This document shows, in pieces, positions 63,792 through 64,000 of a DNA stretch of 64,000 nucleotides. The DNA comes from Eledone cirrhosa (taxonomy: Eukaryota): assembly GCA_964016885.1 (NCBI GenBank), contig OZ024758.1, positions 17,546,001-17,610,000 on the forward strand, written 5' to 3'. The notes under the pieces are model-generated. The model was not told the origin of the DNA, did no database searches, and saw nothing but the letters and a program-made list of their open reading frames with translations. Every line of letters begins with the position of its first letter. The first letter of the stretch is position 1. The position numbers and the translations under genes are program-made.

Positions 63792-64000
63792 AGTAGTAGT
63801 AGTAGTAATGTAATATTAACAGTATCGTCATCATCCTCATCCTTATCATAAATATTTGTGTTATCATCAGTAGTAGTAGTAGTGTAAACAGTATCATCAT
63901 CATCAACACCATCATCCTTATCATTAACATTTGTATTATTATCAACAGTAGTAGAAGTGTAATATCGTCATCATCATCATCCTTATCATCATGAAATATT

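Overview
AT-rich, repeat-dense animal genomic DNA. The extreme (TA)n/(CA)n load, tRNA-headed SINEs and RTE LINEs suggest an octopod cephalopod (inference). No host protein-coding gene is supported. Almost all listed ORFs are microsatellite or SINE artefacts, and the only recognisable protein fragments come from transposons (RTE ORF 3' end, mariner transposase, L1/Tx1 ORF2 C-terminus). The window holds about 25 copies of one tRNA-SINE (SINE-A), about 8 of a CORE-like SINE whose tail matches the resident RTE LINE (SINE-B), 17 piggyBac-type MITEs, a hAT MITE and a mariner relic with 11 tandem copies of its catalytic-core segment. The main unexplained signal is a set of short elements embedded in (TA)n tracts. 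At least five unrelated families carry type I hammerhead ribozyme motifs, and many copies form fold-back hairpins, several centred on ribozyme stem II. This fits Penelope-like pseudo-LTRs or retrozymes. All folds and alignments were done by eye and coordinates are approximate to a few bp.
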